From: an uncultured delta proteobacterium
GTDB taxonomy: Bacteria; Desulfobacterota; Binatia; JACPRU01
Length of the DNA: 64,000 nucleotides
Assembly: GCA_963745025.1 (NCBI GenBank)
Contig: CAVUWD010000019.1
Span: forward strand, 256,001-320,000
Direction of reading: 5' to 3'
The position numbers and the translations under genes were made by a program. The notes beneath the pieces were generated by a model. That model had not been told where the DNA came from and did not search any database. It saw only the letters and a list, made by a program, of their open reading frames with translations. Positions 40,741 to 50,897 of the stretch are shown piece after piece. Numbering within the stretch: the first letter of the stretch is position 1; each line of letters opens with the position of its first letter.

Positions 40741-41086
40741 GGCCTCCGTCCTTTTCCGGCTTCCGTCATCGTCTCGGAGTCGGTGGTCGGCACCGACGAC
40801 GGCTGTGGCCCCACGCGTTCAGCAAGCATCTTGCGGGGCGACATCAGGTGCTCTTCCAACACAAATCCACTGAGTGGCACTGCCGCGGCTAGTGCGATCG
40901 CCAGCTAGCGCGATGGCGCCCTTTTCGAGCCGGTCGACGGCGTGAACCTCAGCCGCAAACAGGTCGGGAGGCTTCCGTGGCTTCTCGCTCACGATGGTCC
41001 TCCTGCGGCGCTTCCCCGAAGGAAGGCAATGCCGGCGAACGGCATCCGGTTCAGCGGAACAGCAACGGTCTGCGACCTCCAACGCC

Positions 41087-41824
41087 TCAAGGCTTCAAAT
41101 CCCATTCTTTAAGTTTTTTCGTCGCCGTCCCGTAGTTGCCCAGATGGTAAACGGCCGCGCCCGCCGGCGAGAAGGTGAACGACTCAAATGGCTCGGCGGC
41201 CATCTTGTCCAGGTACGTCTTGGAGGCGAGACCGGTGGTGACATGCGGCATGTAATGCTCGCCGGAATGTTCCGGCACAAACACTTCGACGTATTCAATC
41301 ACCTGCGGGCTGATGACGGAGCCATCGGTTGGGGGGACGAACGCGGCTGCGGTTCCGGTTTTCAACGCGAACGGGGTCACGGCTTCAATCACCGCCTGTT
41401 GCAGTTTGAGCAATTCCGGAGTCGGCTTCACGACAATACCCTGGAGGCCAAGTTCCCCGATCGGGATGTAGTAGTATTTGTAGGCCTCGAGCTTCAAGCC
41501 GGTCACATTGGCGCTGACCAGAACTTTGCCGACTGCGGCATAGACTTTGGGGAGATCCGTGGTGCGCACGTAACGCTGGGCCATGGTGACGTGGGGACGG
41601 TGGGAGGCGTCCAAGGAAAAGCCCTTGGGGTAATCCTTGAGCAGAAGGTCGTTGACGGCCGTCGCGTGCTGGACCATGGTGGCGTCCGGCTTGAGGAGGA
41701 TGTCGATGGCGGTGACAGGGGTTGAGGTTTCCTGTGCATGAGCATTCGCTCCGGTGATTGCCAGGGCACAGGCCATCACGCCCTTCATCATGAAGTTCGT
41801 AAGGTTTTTCGTCGTGTCTTTCAT
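41087..41824 (-). CDS. Secreted 2H-phosphoesterase (2'-5' RNA ligase fold) protein
   Basis: Signal peptide (AHA|Q); two PHVT motifs. Confidence 0.75.
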   Translation of the reverse strand: MKDTTKNLTNFMMKGVMACALAITGANAHAQETSTPVTAIDILLKPDATMVQHATAVNDLLLKDYPKGFSLDASHRPHVTMAQRYVRTTDLPKVYAAVGKVLVSANVTGLKLEAYKYYYIPIGELGLQGIVVKPTPELLKLQQAVIEAVTPFALKTGTAAAFVPPTDGSVISPQVIEYVEVFVPEHSGEHYMPHVTTGLASKTYLDKMAAEPFESFTFSPAGAAVYHLGNYGTATKKLKEWDLKP

Positions 41825-41867
41825 GGTTGTGTCGTTTGTTGGTTCTTGACGGGTTGAGCGCTGACTA

Positions 41868-42872
41868 TTACTCGAACGCGAAGATGCGCTTCCAATCGTT
41901 CTTCATGCTGATGACCGTCCACTTGTTCGCTTTGGCTTCGGCCATCAAAGCGTCGCTGAAGGTGCCGATCTTCGACTGCGCGCCATAGGCATACTCGCGC
42001 ACCGCGTCGTCGTGATGCACGAGCATCATCAAACGCGCGCCGCTGCCGCCTTGCGTCCACTCCAGCATTTGCTGGTCGCCATCGGAATTGCCGAAGGCGG
42101 CGATGGGCCGGCGACCGATGTGCGAGTTGATGCCGACCGGCTTCCCGGTCTTGTCGTCGATGAAGTCGATCGCCGCCAGACGCACGAGGACGGGCTTGCC
42201 GTCGCGCATTTCGTACTTCGTCTTGACGCTGCTGCCGACGACCTGTTCGGGCGGAATGCCGTAAACCTTTTCCGTCCACGGGCGCATGAACTCGATGCCG
42301 CCGCCGGAGACGATGAAGGTCTTGAAACCGTTCGCCCGCAGGTAGGCGAGCAGTTCGACCATGGGTTGATAGACGAGCTCGGTGTAGGGCCGCTTGAACT
42401 TGGGATGCTTCGCGGTCGCGAGCCAGTCCTTCACGATCTTCTCGAACTCCTCGGTGGTCATGCCCGCGTGCGTGGCCATGACGATCTCGAAGATTGCAGG
42501 CTCCCCGCCTGCAAGCGCACCCTTCACGTCGCCCTTGAGCAGCGAGGCGAACGGCTCCTTGTCCTTCCACTCCGGATGCTGCGGCGCGAGCACCTTCACC
42601 CGGTCGAGAGCGAAGAGCAGCTGGAAGTACATCGGCTGCTCGGCCCAGAGCGTGCCGTCGTTGTCGAACGTGGCGATGCGTTCGGCCGGCGGCACGAAAT
42701 CCGGCGAACCTTTCTTCGTTACTTTGGCCACGAAGTTCACGATGGCCTGCTTGGCCGGACCGTCGTTCCACGAGGGCAGCGGGTCGGCTGCCGCCGCGGC
42801 CGTCACCGTCAGGAGGGATAAGCCAATGAGCGCGGCGGCCAAATTCGGCAGCTTCAGAAATGTTGGCTTCAT
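41868..42872 (-). CDS. Secreted HAD-family hydrolase (acid phosphatase-like)
   Basis: DPLPSWNDG, FDNDGTLW, IVSGGG, AFGNSDGD. Confidence 0.92.
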   Translation of the reverse strand: MKPTFLKLPNLAAALIGLSLLTVTAAAAADPLPSWNDGPAKQAIVNFVAKVTKKGSPDFVPPAERIATFDNDGTLWAEQPMYFQLLFALDRVKVLAPQHPEWKDKEPFASLLKGDVKGALAGGEPAIFEIVMATHAGMTTEEFEKIVKDWLATAKHPKFKRPYTELVYQPMVELLAYLRANGFKTFIVSGGGIEFMRPWTEKVYGIPPEQVVGSSVKTKYEMRDGKPVLVRLAAIDFIDDKTGKPVGINSHIGRRPIAAFGNSDGDQQMLEWTQGGSGARLMMLVHHDDAVREYAYGAQSKIGTFSDALMAEAKANKWTVISMKNDWKRIFAFE

Positions 42873-42921
42873 CTTGTTGTTCCAGCCGCGGACGGATGTC
42901 TGTTTGTCCGCTGCGTGAATT

Positions 42922-42951
42922 CGCGGGCCGCTCCGTACGAAGCGGCCCGCG
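42922..42951. terminator. GC hairpin between the sulfatase and HAD genes
   Basis: CGCGGGCCGCT...AGCGGCCCGCG. Confidence 0.45.
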
Positions 42952-42975
42952 CGGTTCACGATCGGACCGATGCGC

Positions 42976-44656
42976 TTAGTGCGCTCCGACGGTCTTCGGC
43001 ACCTTTATCGGATCGTACGGCAGCGGGTTCTCCGGGTTCTGCAGATTCGGGATCATGTCGTTCGAAGCTCCGCCCGGGAACCGTTTCTTGTTCGGATACT
43101 GGACGATGGACTTGTTGAACTCCGAGAGCGGAATGTCCAGGAGCGAGATGGCCCAGCCATTGTCCATGCCCGAGTAGCGGCCCGGCGACGTGGTCGGGTT
43201 GCGCACCGCCACTGCGCCGTTGAACGTCATGTCGTACTTCTCGTACGGGTCCATGGTGAGGTTGTAGGTCGAGCCGATGGCGCCGAGGTTAAGCTCAGGC
43301 CCCAGCCAGGTGTCCTTCGAGGTGTAGAGGAGCTTCCACGCGATCCTCAGATCGGGATTCGCCAGGTCGCCACCGACGTCGTAACGCATGCCACAAAATT
43401 TCTCGCCGTCGGTGTAGATCCACCCATCGCGCGCCGAATGCTCGCGCCTTGCCCGTGACGTAGGCGGTGTTGTCGATGCCGTCGAAGTAGATCGGCTTGC
43501 CGTTGTTGTCCTGCCACGCGCCGTGTGGCGGCGGGGTGAGGCCGACCATCGTTGCGGTGGTCGGCCAAACGTCCATGTGCGACATCATTTCACTCAGGAC
43601 CTGCCCCGCCGGAATCTTGCCCGGCGCCCACATGATGCCCGGCACCCGGAAGGCCCCTTCGAAGCCCGTGCCCTTTTCACCGCGGAACGGGTTGGTGCCG
43701 GCGTCGGGCCAGGCGTCCTGCCAGGCGCCATTGTCCGCCGTGTGGATGACGATGGTGTCGGGCGCCTCGGCGCGGATGGCGTCCATGATCCGGCCGATGT
43801 TGGCGTCCATTTCCATCATTTTGTCGGAGTAGTTGCCAAGGTGCGACTTGCCCTGGAACGCCTTGCTCGGGCTGGTCGGCTGGTGCATGCCCATGAAATT
43901 CACGCTCATGAAGATCGGCTTGCTGTCCTTGGCGTGCTGCTTGATGTAGGCGACCGCCGAATCGGTCTGACGGACATCGAAATCGGCAAGATTCTCCAGC
44001 GTGATCACGGCGCCGTTGTTGCCCTTGACCGCAGGCTTGCCCGCCGTGCCTTCCCATTCGTACATGTTCACAACTTTCTGATACATGTCCCAGTATTCTT
44101 TGTTGTACTTCGGGAACCACGGATGGGCATTGGGATCCGTGTCGCTGTAGGCGTAGACGCCCGGGTAGTAGGCAGCGAACTGCTTCATCTCGTCGAAGCC
44201 GTGATTGATCGGGTAGAACTTCTCCACGTCGCCGAGGTGCCATTTGCCGGAGAAGTAGGTCTGGTAGCCGTTCTTCTTGAAGAACTCGGCGATGGTCGGC
44301 GTATCCGCGTCCAGGCCATTCGGGTCGCCCGGAACGACGACGACCGACAGCGCCGTGCGGACCGGGATGCGCCCGGTCATGAACGAGGCACGACCCGCCG
44401 TGCAGCTGGCCTGGCCATACCAACTGGTGAACACCGCGCCTTCCTTGGCCAACCGATCGATGTTCGGCGTGGGATGTCCGAGAGCCGCTCCGCCGTAGTA
44501 CACACCGTAGTCGCCCCAGCCAACGTCGTCGCTCATGAGCATGACGACGTTGGGCTTCTTTTCCCCCGCGCCCTCGGCACAGGCGGTCATGAACGACAGA
44601 CTAGCCACCGCCGCGAGCAGCGAGACAGCCCACTGTTTACTTCCCTTTGCCCTCAT
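42976..44656 (-). CDS. Secreted arylsulfatase, one apparent +1 frameshift near 43444
   Basis: KPNVVMLMSDD, SCTAGRASFMTGR, GKWHLG, ADNG, GEKG..EGAFRVP; continues as EHSARDGWIY in the next frame. Confidence 0.9.
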
Positions 44657-44696
44657 TAGAGTCCTCCTCTTGTTTGGTGTGTCCAGACTCCTCGGA

Positions 44697-44714
44697 ATCC
44701 AAGGCGTGTGCCAA
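44697..44714 (-). promoter_or_regulatory. Possible sigma54-like promoter (variant -12) for the sulfatase gene
   Basis: TTGGCACACGCCTTGGA against consensus YTGGCACGNNNNTTGCW; GG replaces GC at -12. Confidence 0.3.
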
Positions 44715-44744
44715 GCGCACGGCCATTTACTCAGAGACCGGTCT

Positions 44745-45113
44745 TCATGACGGCATCCGTGGTTCGATCGCCGCTCTGACGGCTTCCAGCAACGCGGTGC
44801 CGCGAAACGGTTTGGCCAGATAAAAAGCCACCCCGCACCGCTCGGCCTGCTCGCGCAAGCCCGGCGCGTCATGCGCCGTGATCAGGATGAACGGCGGCGG
44901 GACGTCGCGTTGGCGCAATGCCGCCAGCAATCCTAAGCCAGACATGCCAGGCAGCATCAGGTCGCTGATGACGCACGCGGAATCTTCATTGACGCCTCCC
45001 GCCAGCAGCGCTTCCGCCGACGCGAACGCCGCACACCCAAAACCAGCAGCTTTCAGCAAGCGTTGGATCGCCTCGCTCATACTGACGTCGTCTTCGACCA
45101 CCAAGACCATCAT
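44745..45113 (-). CDS. Single-domain response regulator (FixJ-associated)
   Basis: LVVEDD, ISDLMLPGMSG, ITAHD, LAKPF. Confidence 0.88.
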   Translation of the reverse strand: MMVLVVEDDVSMSEAIQRLLKAAGFGCAAFASAEALLAGGVNEDSACVISDLMLPGMSGLGLLAALRQRDVPPPFILITAHDAPGLREQAERCGVAFYLAKPFRGTALLEAVRAAIEPRMPS

Positions 45114-45220
45114 AGACGGCGCAACAACCATTTGGCGCTCGGCCTGTTTAGCCGCCCAACATACCGAAAGGCTCAGTGGTCATGCGGCCGGATCATCAAC
45201 CCTCCGTGCCGAAGAGACAA

Positions 45221-45302
45221 TTGGACGAAGGGGACAGGCGGTTGGCACTAAGGGGCCATGCCGTTTGCCCGAACGGGCAATAGGGATTGCCCCATCGGAC
45301 AA
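45221..45302. promoter_or_regulatory. Array of four 16-bp 6-N4-6 palindromic boxes with a 22-bp period
   Basis: TTGGACGAAGGGGACA (45221), TGGCACTAAGGGGCCA (45243), TTGCCCGAACGGGCAA (45265), TTGCCCCATCGGACAA (45287). Confidence 0.55.
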
Positions 45303-45524
45303 TGCGCTCGCAGATCAGGCCGCGGATGAGGGTTGGGCAGACGGCGCCCTAGCGACACGCTCCTCAGCATCGCGAAGCTGCTGCGCTATCTCGTACCATG
45401 TCCCTGCGGTCTTTCCGCCTGACTCCTCCGCAGGCGCATTTGCGCGCGGCGTGCGTTTTCGCTAAGGGGGCAGTGCCAGGCGTTCCCGCACCCAGTCAGA
45501 AGCGCACCGGGCGCCTGCTAAGAG

Positions 45525-46289
45525 ATGCCGATCACTCTTGCTCACTTCAATGCAGCCACGACGGCTTCGATGCTCGCGGTTATGATGGTCGCTGCATTGC
45601 GCGTTGGATGGTGGTTCGGGCACCGACAGAAGACCCGCTACGGCGACGTGACGAACTCGCGGTGGTATGGCGCCGTGCTGCCGCTGCTGAGCCTATTGGT
45701 GGCGTTCACGGTCAACACGTCGCTAGGCAAGCAGAACCAACGCCAACAACTCGTCGTTGCCGATACCAACGCGATTCGCGAGTTCTACAACTATACTACA
45801 ATGCTCAACGAGCCCACGAAATCCTCATTCCGACAGCTCATTCGCGAGTACACGAGGCTGCGAATTGACCTAAGCGATCTTTTGGACCAACCGTCGTTTG
45901 ACGACGCCCTGCGGCGGTCCGATCAGATCCAGGCACAAATGAACGAATTGGTGGGGCAGGTAGTGATGGACGGTACGCCGCTCGCGGCCGTTCTGATCGG
46001 TGCTTTCGGCCGCATCGCCGACAGCGCGGATGCACGCCTTGCCGCCGCCGTGGATCGCTTACCGGCAACCCTGGTGCTGCTGCTGATGTCGGCGGCACTG
46101 ATCTCGACGTTGGTGGTCGGTCGCGAGGAGGGCGTGTCGGGCAGGACGCATGTGGCGGGTGCGGTCGGATTCATCTTCCTGGTGAGTTTTAGCGTTTACG
46201 TGGCACTGGATCTGAATCAGCCCGGACGAGGGCAAATCATTGTGAGCCAGAGACCAATTGAGCGTCTGCTGTCGTCGATGCCGAAATGA
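45525..46289 (+). CDS. DUF4239/bestrophin-like membrane protein
   Basis: LLSLLVAFTV..RQQLVVADTNAI, VALDLNQPGRGQIIVSQRP. Confidence 0.8.
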   Translation: MPITLAHFNAATTASMLAVMMVAALRVGWWFGHRQKTRYGDVTNSRWYGAVLPLLSLLVAFTVNTSLGKQNQRQQLVVADTNAIREFYNYTTMLNEPTKSSFRQLIREYTRLRIDLSDLLDQPSFDDALRRSDQIQAQMNELVGQVVMDGTPLAAVLIGAFGRIADSADARLAAAVDRLPATLVLLLMSAALISTLVVGREEGVSGRTHVAGAVGFIFLVSFSVYVALDLNQPGRGQIIVSQRPIERLLSSMPK

Positions 46290-46418
46290 GCCGCCGCTGC
46301 GGCAAGCTCAAATCCGCGAGGCAAAACGTGAGGCGAGCAGACGATGAGGCGCCAACAGCGGTCGCGTATTGGGGAAGCGTCAGCCGGGAGCAAACCGGCC
46401 CGCAGGCCTCGCGGAGCC

Positions 46419-46915
46419 TGTCAATGAAAGTGAAACAGTGGGTCGTCCGAGTTTAATGCAGAATCCTCCGTGTTGAGCGCGATGATCTTGGTGGTGTTCG
46501 ACTGAGCGTCGACAGTCTCGACGAGCTTTCGAGTATCGTTTTGGGGGGATACCTGGATATGGATCGAGTCCGCGGCGTGGCTGTGCGGGGCTGTAAACGC
46601 GAAGTTCTGCTCGCCATCGACCTGCGGAGCGCGGATTGGTTCGACGAGCGCGTTCTTGGGCGGGTTGATCCAGACCGCCGTGGGTCGAGCCGGTGGACGC
46701 TGGGCTCCAGCAACGAAGCGCTCAGGATGAGCGGCGAAGGCCGCGGAGAGCACATCGCTTCGAGCCGCCACGCGCTGCTCGGCCAGGCCGTGGTGGACAA
46801 CGTCGGGCGTGAGTAGCCCGATGCCCGAGTGACGATGCTCAGTGTTATACCAGCGGAAGAAGCCCGCACAGAAGCTGCGCGCGTCGTGGAGCGAGCCGAA
46901 CCGATCGGGAAACTG
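46419..46915 (-). mobile_element. IS3-family remnant (transposase C-terminus and one end)
   Basis: FPDRFGSLHDARSFCAGFFRWYNTEHRHSGIGLLTP..HPERF..AVWINPP; terminal TGTCAATGAAAGTGAAACAG at 46419. Confidence 0.85.
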
Positions 46916-46926
46916 CAGCCGGCGCC

Positions 46927-47547
46927 CTATCGTTCGGGCCGGCGTCGCAGCAGTTCCGCCAGCCGGCCGAGCTCGGCCGCCGAGTTGGCACCTAGCTTTG
47001 CCATGACTTGCCCGCGATGCCTCTTGATGGTGCGTTCCGAGATGCCTAGCTCGGAGGCGATCTGTTTGTTGAGCTTGCCGGCGGCAATGCCATCGAAGAC
47101 CTCGCGCTCGCGCTGCGTGAGCGAGCCAAAGCGCGCATGCAACCGGTCTGCTCCGTCGCGCGCCGTACGCTGGTGTGTATCGCGCGCGAGTGCGCGCCGG
47201 AGCGCATCGAGCAGGACGTCGCGCTTCACAGGCTTTGTCAGGAAGTCGACTGCGCCGGCCTTCATCGCCCGCACGCTGGAGGCCACATTCGCGTGTCCGG
47301 TCAGAAAGACCACCGGAAGCGTGACGCCCTGCTGCTGCAGGGCCGCCTGGAGCTCGAGACCGGAGGGGCCCGGCAAGCGTAGATCGAGCAGCAGGCAACC
47401 GGGCCGATCGGGCAGTGGATGCAATAGGAACTCGCCCGTCGACGCGTAGCCGCGCGCCTCAAACCCGGCGGCATCGAGCAGCCGCAACAGAGCGGTGCGC
47501 ATTGAATCGTCGTCATCGACGACGTGGATTAGCGGGTTCGTGCTCAT
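46927..47547 (-). CDS. FixJ/NodW-family response regulator (REC plus LuxR HTH)
   Basis: VVDDD, LLLDLRLPG, MKAGAVDFLTKP, LTQREREV..NKQIA..HRGQVMAKL. Confidence 0.95.
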   Translation of the reverse strand: MSTNPLIHVVDDDDSMRTALLRLLDAAGFEARGYASTGEFLLHPLPDRPGCLLLDLRLPGPSGLELQAALQQQGVTLPVVFLTGHANVASSVRAMKAGAVDFLTKPVKRDVLLDALRRALARDTHQRTARDGADRLHARFGSLTQREREVFDGIAAGKLNKQIASELGISERTIKRHRGQVMAKLGANSAAELGRLAELLRRRPER

Positions 47548-49441
47548 GCCGGATTCTGCGACGGCGTGCCGTTCGCGACCGCCAGGGGCAATTCGATCTG
47601 AAACACAGAGCCCTCGCCGGGACCGTTCTCGGCCCAGATGCGTCCACCGTGGGCTTCGACGATGGTCCGCGTAATCGACAGCCCAAGCCCCATGCCATTG
47701 CGTTTCGTGCTGAAGAACGAATCGAAGAGCTTCGTCCGGTGCTCGGGCGCGATGCCTCGGCCGCGATCACGCACCGAGATGACGGCGCCATTCTCACCCC
47801 TCGCAATGGACACGACGACCCTGCGCCGGACTTCGGGCACGTCGGCCACTGCGTCCATGGCGTTGAGCACAAGATTGATGAGCACTTGCTGGATCTGGAT
47901 CCGGTCCCCGACTATCGTAGTGGTCATCGGGGCAGGTCGAATTTCGAGTGTGACGCCGCGTCGTTTCGCTTCGGCGCGCAGGATGGGTTCTAGCTCACTA
48001 ACGACTTCGTTGAGTTCGACCGCTGTCCGTTCGAACTCACCCTTGCCGAGCAGTGCCCGAAGTCGATGGATCACCTCGCTGGCACGCTCGTCGTCGCGGC
48101 GGATGTCGGCGAGAATTCTGCGCAGCTCGTCGCGCCGATCCGTGCCGGACTCGAGGATGAGGTCCGCGGCGTCCGCATTGCTCAGGATCGCGCCGAGCGG
48201 CTGGTTGATCTCGTGTGCGATTGCTCCCGTCAGCACCCCGGCCAGCGCGAGGCGTGACGCATGGGCGAGCTCGGCGCGCTGCGCCTGCTCGACTTGCTCC
48301 GCCAAACGGCGCCGGCGGCGCTGGGCGATCAGCGAGACAATGAGCAGTGTCTGTCCAACGACGATTGCAAGCGTAACGACGATTTGCCACCAGTATTGGC
48401 GCCAGAACGGCCGGTCCGCGAAGCGAATTTCGCATCCGCTCGGCAGACGCCGCTCGTCCAACGACCAGCGCTGCAGCGCACGCGCGTCCGCAACGCATCG
48501 GCTCGGCGTTTCGAGCAGGACGCGACTCGGGTCGGGAGGCCCGCCCCCGAAGCGCCGCGCGCACCTGCTCGCCGACGAGCCGTCCCTTGGCCTCATACGA
48601 TTCCACGTTGCCGGCCGCAGCGCCGAAGCCTATGTAGGTTTCGGCGACACCGTACACGGGCGCGACCGATGTTTTGCTGATTGCACGCAGCACTTCGCGC
48701 GGCGTGTACGGTCGGCCGTCTCGGTCGCGGAACTGCGCGAGATAAATAACGATTGTGTCAACTGGCTCCGCAGCCACCCGGGCGACCAATTCTGGCAACG
48801 GCAGGCCGGAAAGGAACTCCACGGGTGCGAGTTCGGCCCTCGTCGACAGCGCCGTTCGCGCCAGCTGCTCGACTCTCTTGTCCAGGTCCGACGCACCGGA
48901 GACCACGACGACGCGGCGCGCATCGGGCTGCAAACGCCGCGCGAGATCGATGGTTCCACCCACGTCGTTGTGCGCCACGACGCCGGTTGCGTTCGGTGGT
49001 AGCGCCGCGGGTTCGATGTCCTCCCCCGGGAAGCCCTGATACACAAGTCGGGCGCCAGGCCAAAGTTGCTCGCCGTGCCGCTTGAAGAATTCGAAGCGCG
49101 GTTAGCGAGATCGCCACGACCACGTCGATGTGCATCGCGCTGTACTTCTTGGTGAGCAGCGCCAGGAACTCGGACTCCAGCGCTTCCACTGGGAAGCGTT
49201 GTGCGTCGAGCGGCTCGGAAAAGAAGACGATCCGCCTTGCAGTTTCATTGGCGAGGCTCTCGCGCATTGCGCTGTCGATGGCCAGATAGGCAGGAAGATA
49301 CGGGTCCACGCCATTCAGGATCAGGACGCGCGCTTCTTCCTCAGCTGCGTGTAGCGGCACCGCAATCCAGCACAAGACGAGGGCCGTCATCAGAGTACGT
49401 GCGGCGCATATCCGTTGGTTTTTCGATCTCTGCGGCATCAT
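47544..49441 (-). CDS. Sensor histidine kinase with periplasmic SBP-like domain; two apparent +1 frameshifts (near 49093 and 48550)
   Basis: IAHEINQPL, QQVLINLVLNA, DRGRG, GMGLGL; sensor domain spread over ORFs 48758..49504 and 48037..49044. Confidence 0.88.
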
Positions 49442-49778
49442 GGTCGCGAGTGGTATTGCCGCGTGTTCGTTGCCAGAGGCCGGTCGGCTTATAATTCTGC
49501 GCAAGCGAAGAATAAAGCGGGCGGACAGGAGGGAAGGGGAGGGAGAGTCCGCAGCGTCTGACGTCTCCCTTATGTTTCGGGTTGTGCGTCTTGAGGGTTT
49601 ACCTCCTTGACGTGCCTCCGTTCAGACCAGGCGGCCGTCAGACCAGCACTCACCGGCCGTCCATTCGGGTCGTTTGCGCCCACGTTTCGCTGTCGCTCGA
49701 CGCCCTGAGAGCGCCGTAACCCCACCCTCAGCCGTGTTCGGCGCGGTTCGAGCAGATCACCGATGTGCCGACGGATGC

Positions 49779-50330
49779 TCATCCGATGCGCAGCTTGCCT
49801 CCGGCGGCGCCTCCGCCGGACTCGGCGAGCTGACGCATCTTCGATCCGTCGACGTAGTAGCGCTTGGCCCAAATGCCCGTGTACGGCTCACCCTCGCGCG
49901 GCATCCGCCACGTCGTGACCTTTGCTTTCGCGAGGTCGATCGCGAACAGCGCGCGCGGCTGGTCGATCGTCTCGGTGATGTAATAGTCCGCCGAGGCGTC
50001 GTCGACGTATCGACAGGCGATGCGGCGGTAGAGATCTCGCCAGCGGTCGTCTTCGCCGTTCTCGTAGAGGAACTCCACCCGGCCCTCGACGAGGATCTTG
50101 CGGTAGGAGCCGCCTTCCTCGTCGATGGTGATTGCCGTGCGCGGGTCGCGCCGCAGGTTCTGTCCGAACTCGGAGTGCTTCCGCGGCGTGATGTGGATCT
50201 TGCCGCGCTCGTAGAGAAACCACACGGGCACGACGCTCGGCGAGCCGTCCGGTCGCACGGTGGCGATGCGCGCCAGGTGCTCGCGCTCGCCGAGGAAGGC
50301 TTCGATCTCCTGCTGTGTGAGCTTCGGCAT
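49779..50330 (-). CDS. Pyridoxamine-5'-phosphate oxidase-like (PPOX) split-barrel protein
   Basis: ARIATVRPDGSPSVVPVWF, NLRRDPR; AAGGAGG RBS. Confidence 0.88.
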   Translation of the reverse strand: MPKLTQQEIEAFLGEREHLARIATVRPDGSPSVVPVWFLYERGKIHITPRKHSEFGQNLRRDPRTAITIDEEGGSYRKILVEGRVEFLYENGEDDRWRDLYRRIACRYVDDASADYYITETIDQPRALFAIDLAKAKVTTWRMPREGEPYTGIWAKRYYVDGSKMRQLAESGGGAAGGKLRIG

Positions 50331-50397
50331 GAATGCCTCCTTAACGGTTTGTAGCACGCGATCTACGGTAGTTCTGCAGACGATTGCGACGAACGCC

Positions 50398-50856
50398 CTA
50401 CGTTCGCCGCCAGGCCGCGATCTCGGCGAGCGCTCGCTCGGCGAGCATCTGCGCCCGGACCCTCCACCAGAGCCACGCCGGCACGTAGACCTCGGAGGGC
50501 GTCCACCGCGGATCGACGGGTGTGAGCCCGGGTCGTAGCTGTTGGCGAAACTCGTGGTCGGTGGCGGAGCGAACGAACACCTCGTCGATGCACTCCCATT
50601 GCTGGCACTCCTGCACGCGGCAGCGCGCGTGAGACTCGCCGGCGCCTGGCTCGGTGACCCGCTGCGCGCCCGGCTCGACCAGGAACCTGCGCCGCGGCAG
50701 CGCTTCGACAAGCGCGCCGTGGCAGCGGTTGCCGACCACCGCCCCCCGGCAACGCACCGGATAGGCGATGGTCTCGCAACCGAAGCCAGAGCCGAACAGA
50801 TGGTTCCACGACCAAAGAATTGCGGCGATGGCCAGCGCGGCGAGGAGCAATCGCAT
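50398..50856 (-). CDS. Hypothetical secreted Cys-rich protein
   Basis: N-terminal hydrophobic signal; 6 Cys; co-oriented between neighbouring genes. Confidence 0.55.
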   Translation of the reverse strand: MRLLLAALAIAAILWSWNHLFGSGFGCETIAYPVRCRGAVVGNRCHGALVEALPRRRFLVEPGAQRVTEPGAGESHARCRVQECQQWECIDEVFVRSATDHEFRQQLRPGLTPVDPRWTPSEVYVPAWLWWRVRAQMLAERALAEIAAWRRT

Positions 50857-50897
50857 CGACGCTCAAGGCCTGCTCAGCTCAGTCCGCAGCGACGCTC

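Noticed and set aside
45242-45258. TTGGCAC as a sigma54 -24 box
   Set aside because: No GC at the -12 position; better explained as one of the 22-bp-phased boxes
46421-47398. Apparent 325-aa regulator-transposase fusion ORF
   Set aside because: The N-terminal part is an off-frame reading of the FixJ gene; only the portion below about 46915 is transposase
36340-49100. Programmed ribosomal frameshifting in DUF2252, the sulfatase and the kinase
   Set aside because: No slippery heptamers, multiple shifts per gene and all +1 insertions; sequencing error or decay is more parsimonious
49600-49730. c-di-GMP-I riboswitch-like words (GAAA..GGGCGCAAA) on the minus strand upstream of the kinase
   Set aside because: The flanking stem does not pair and the GGCAAAC element is missing
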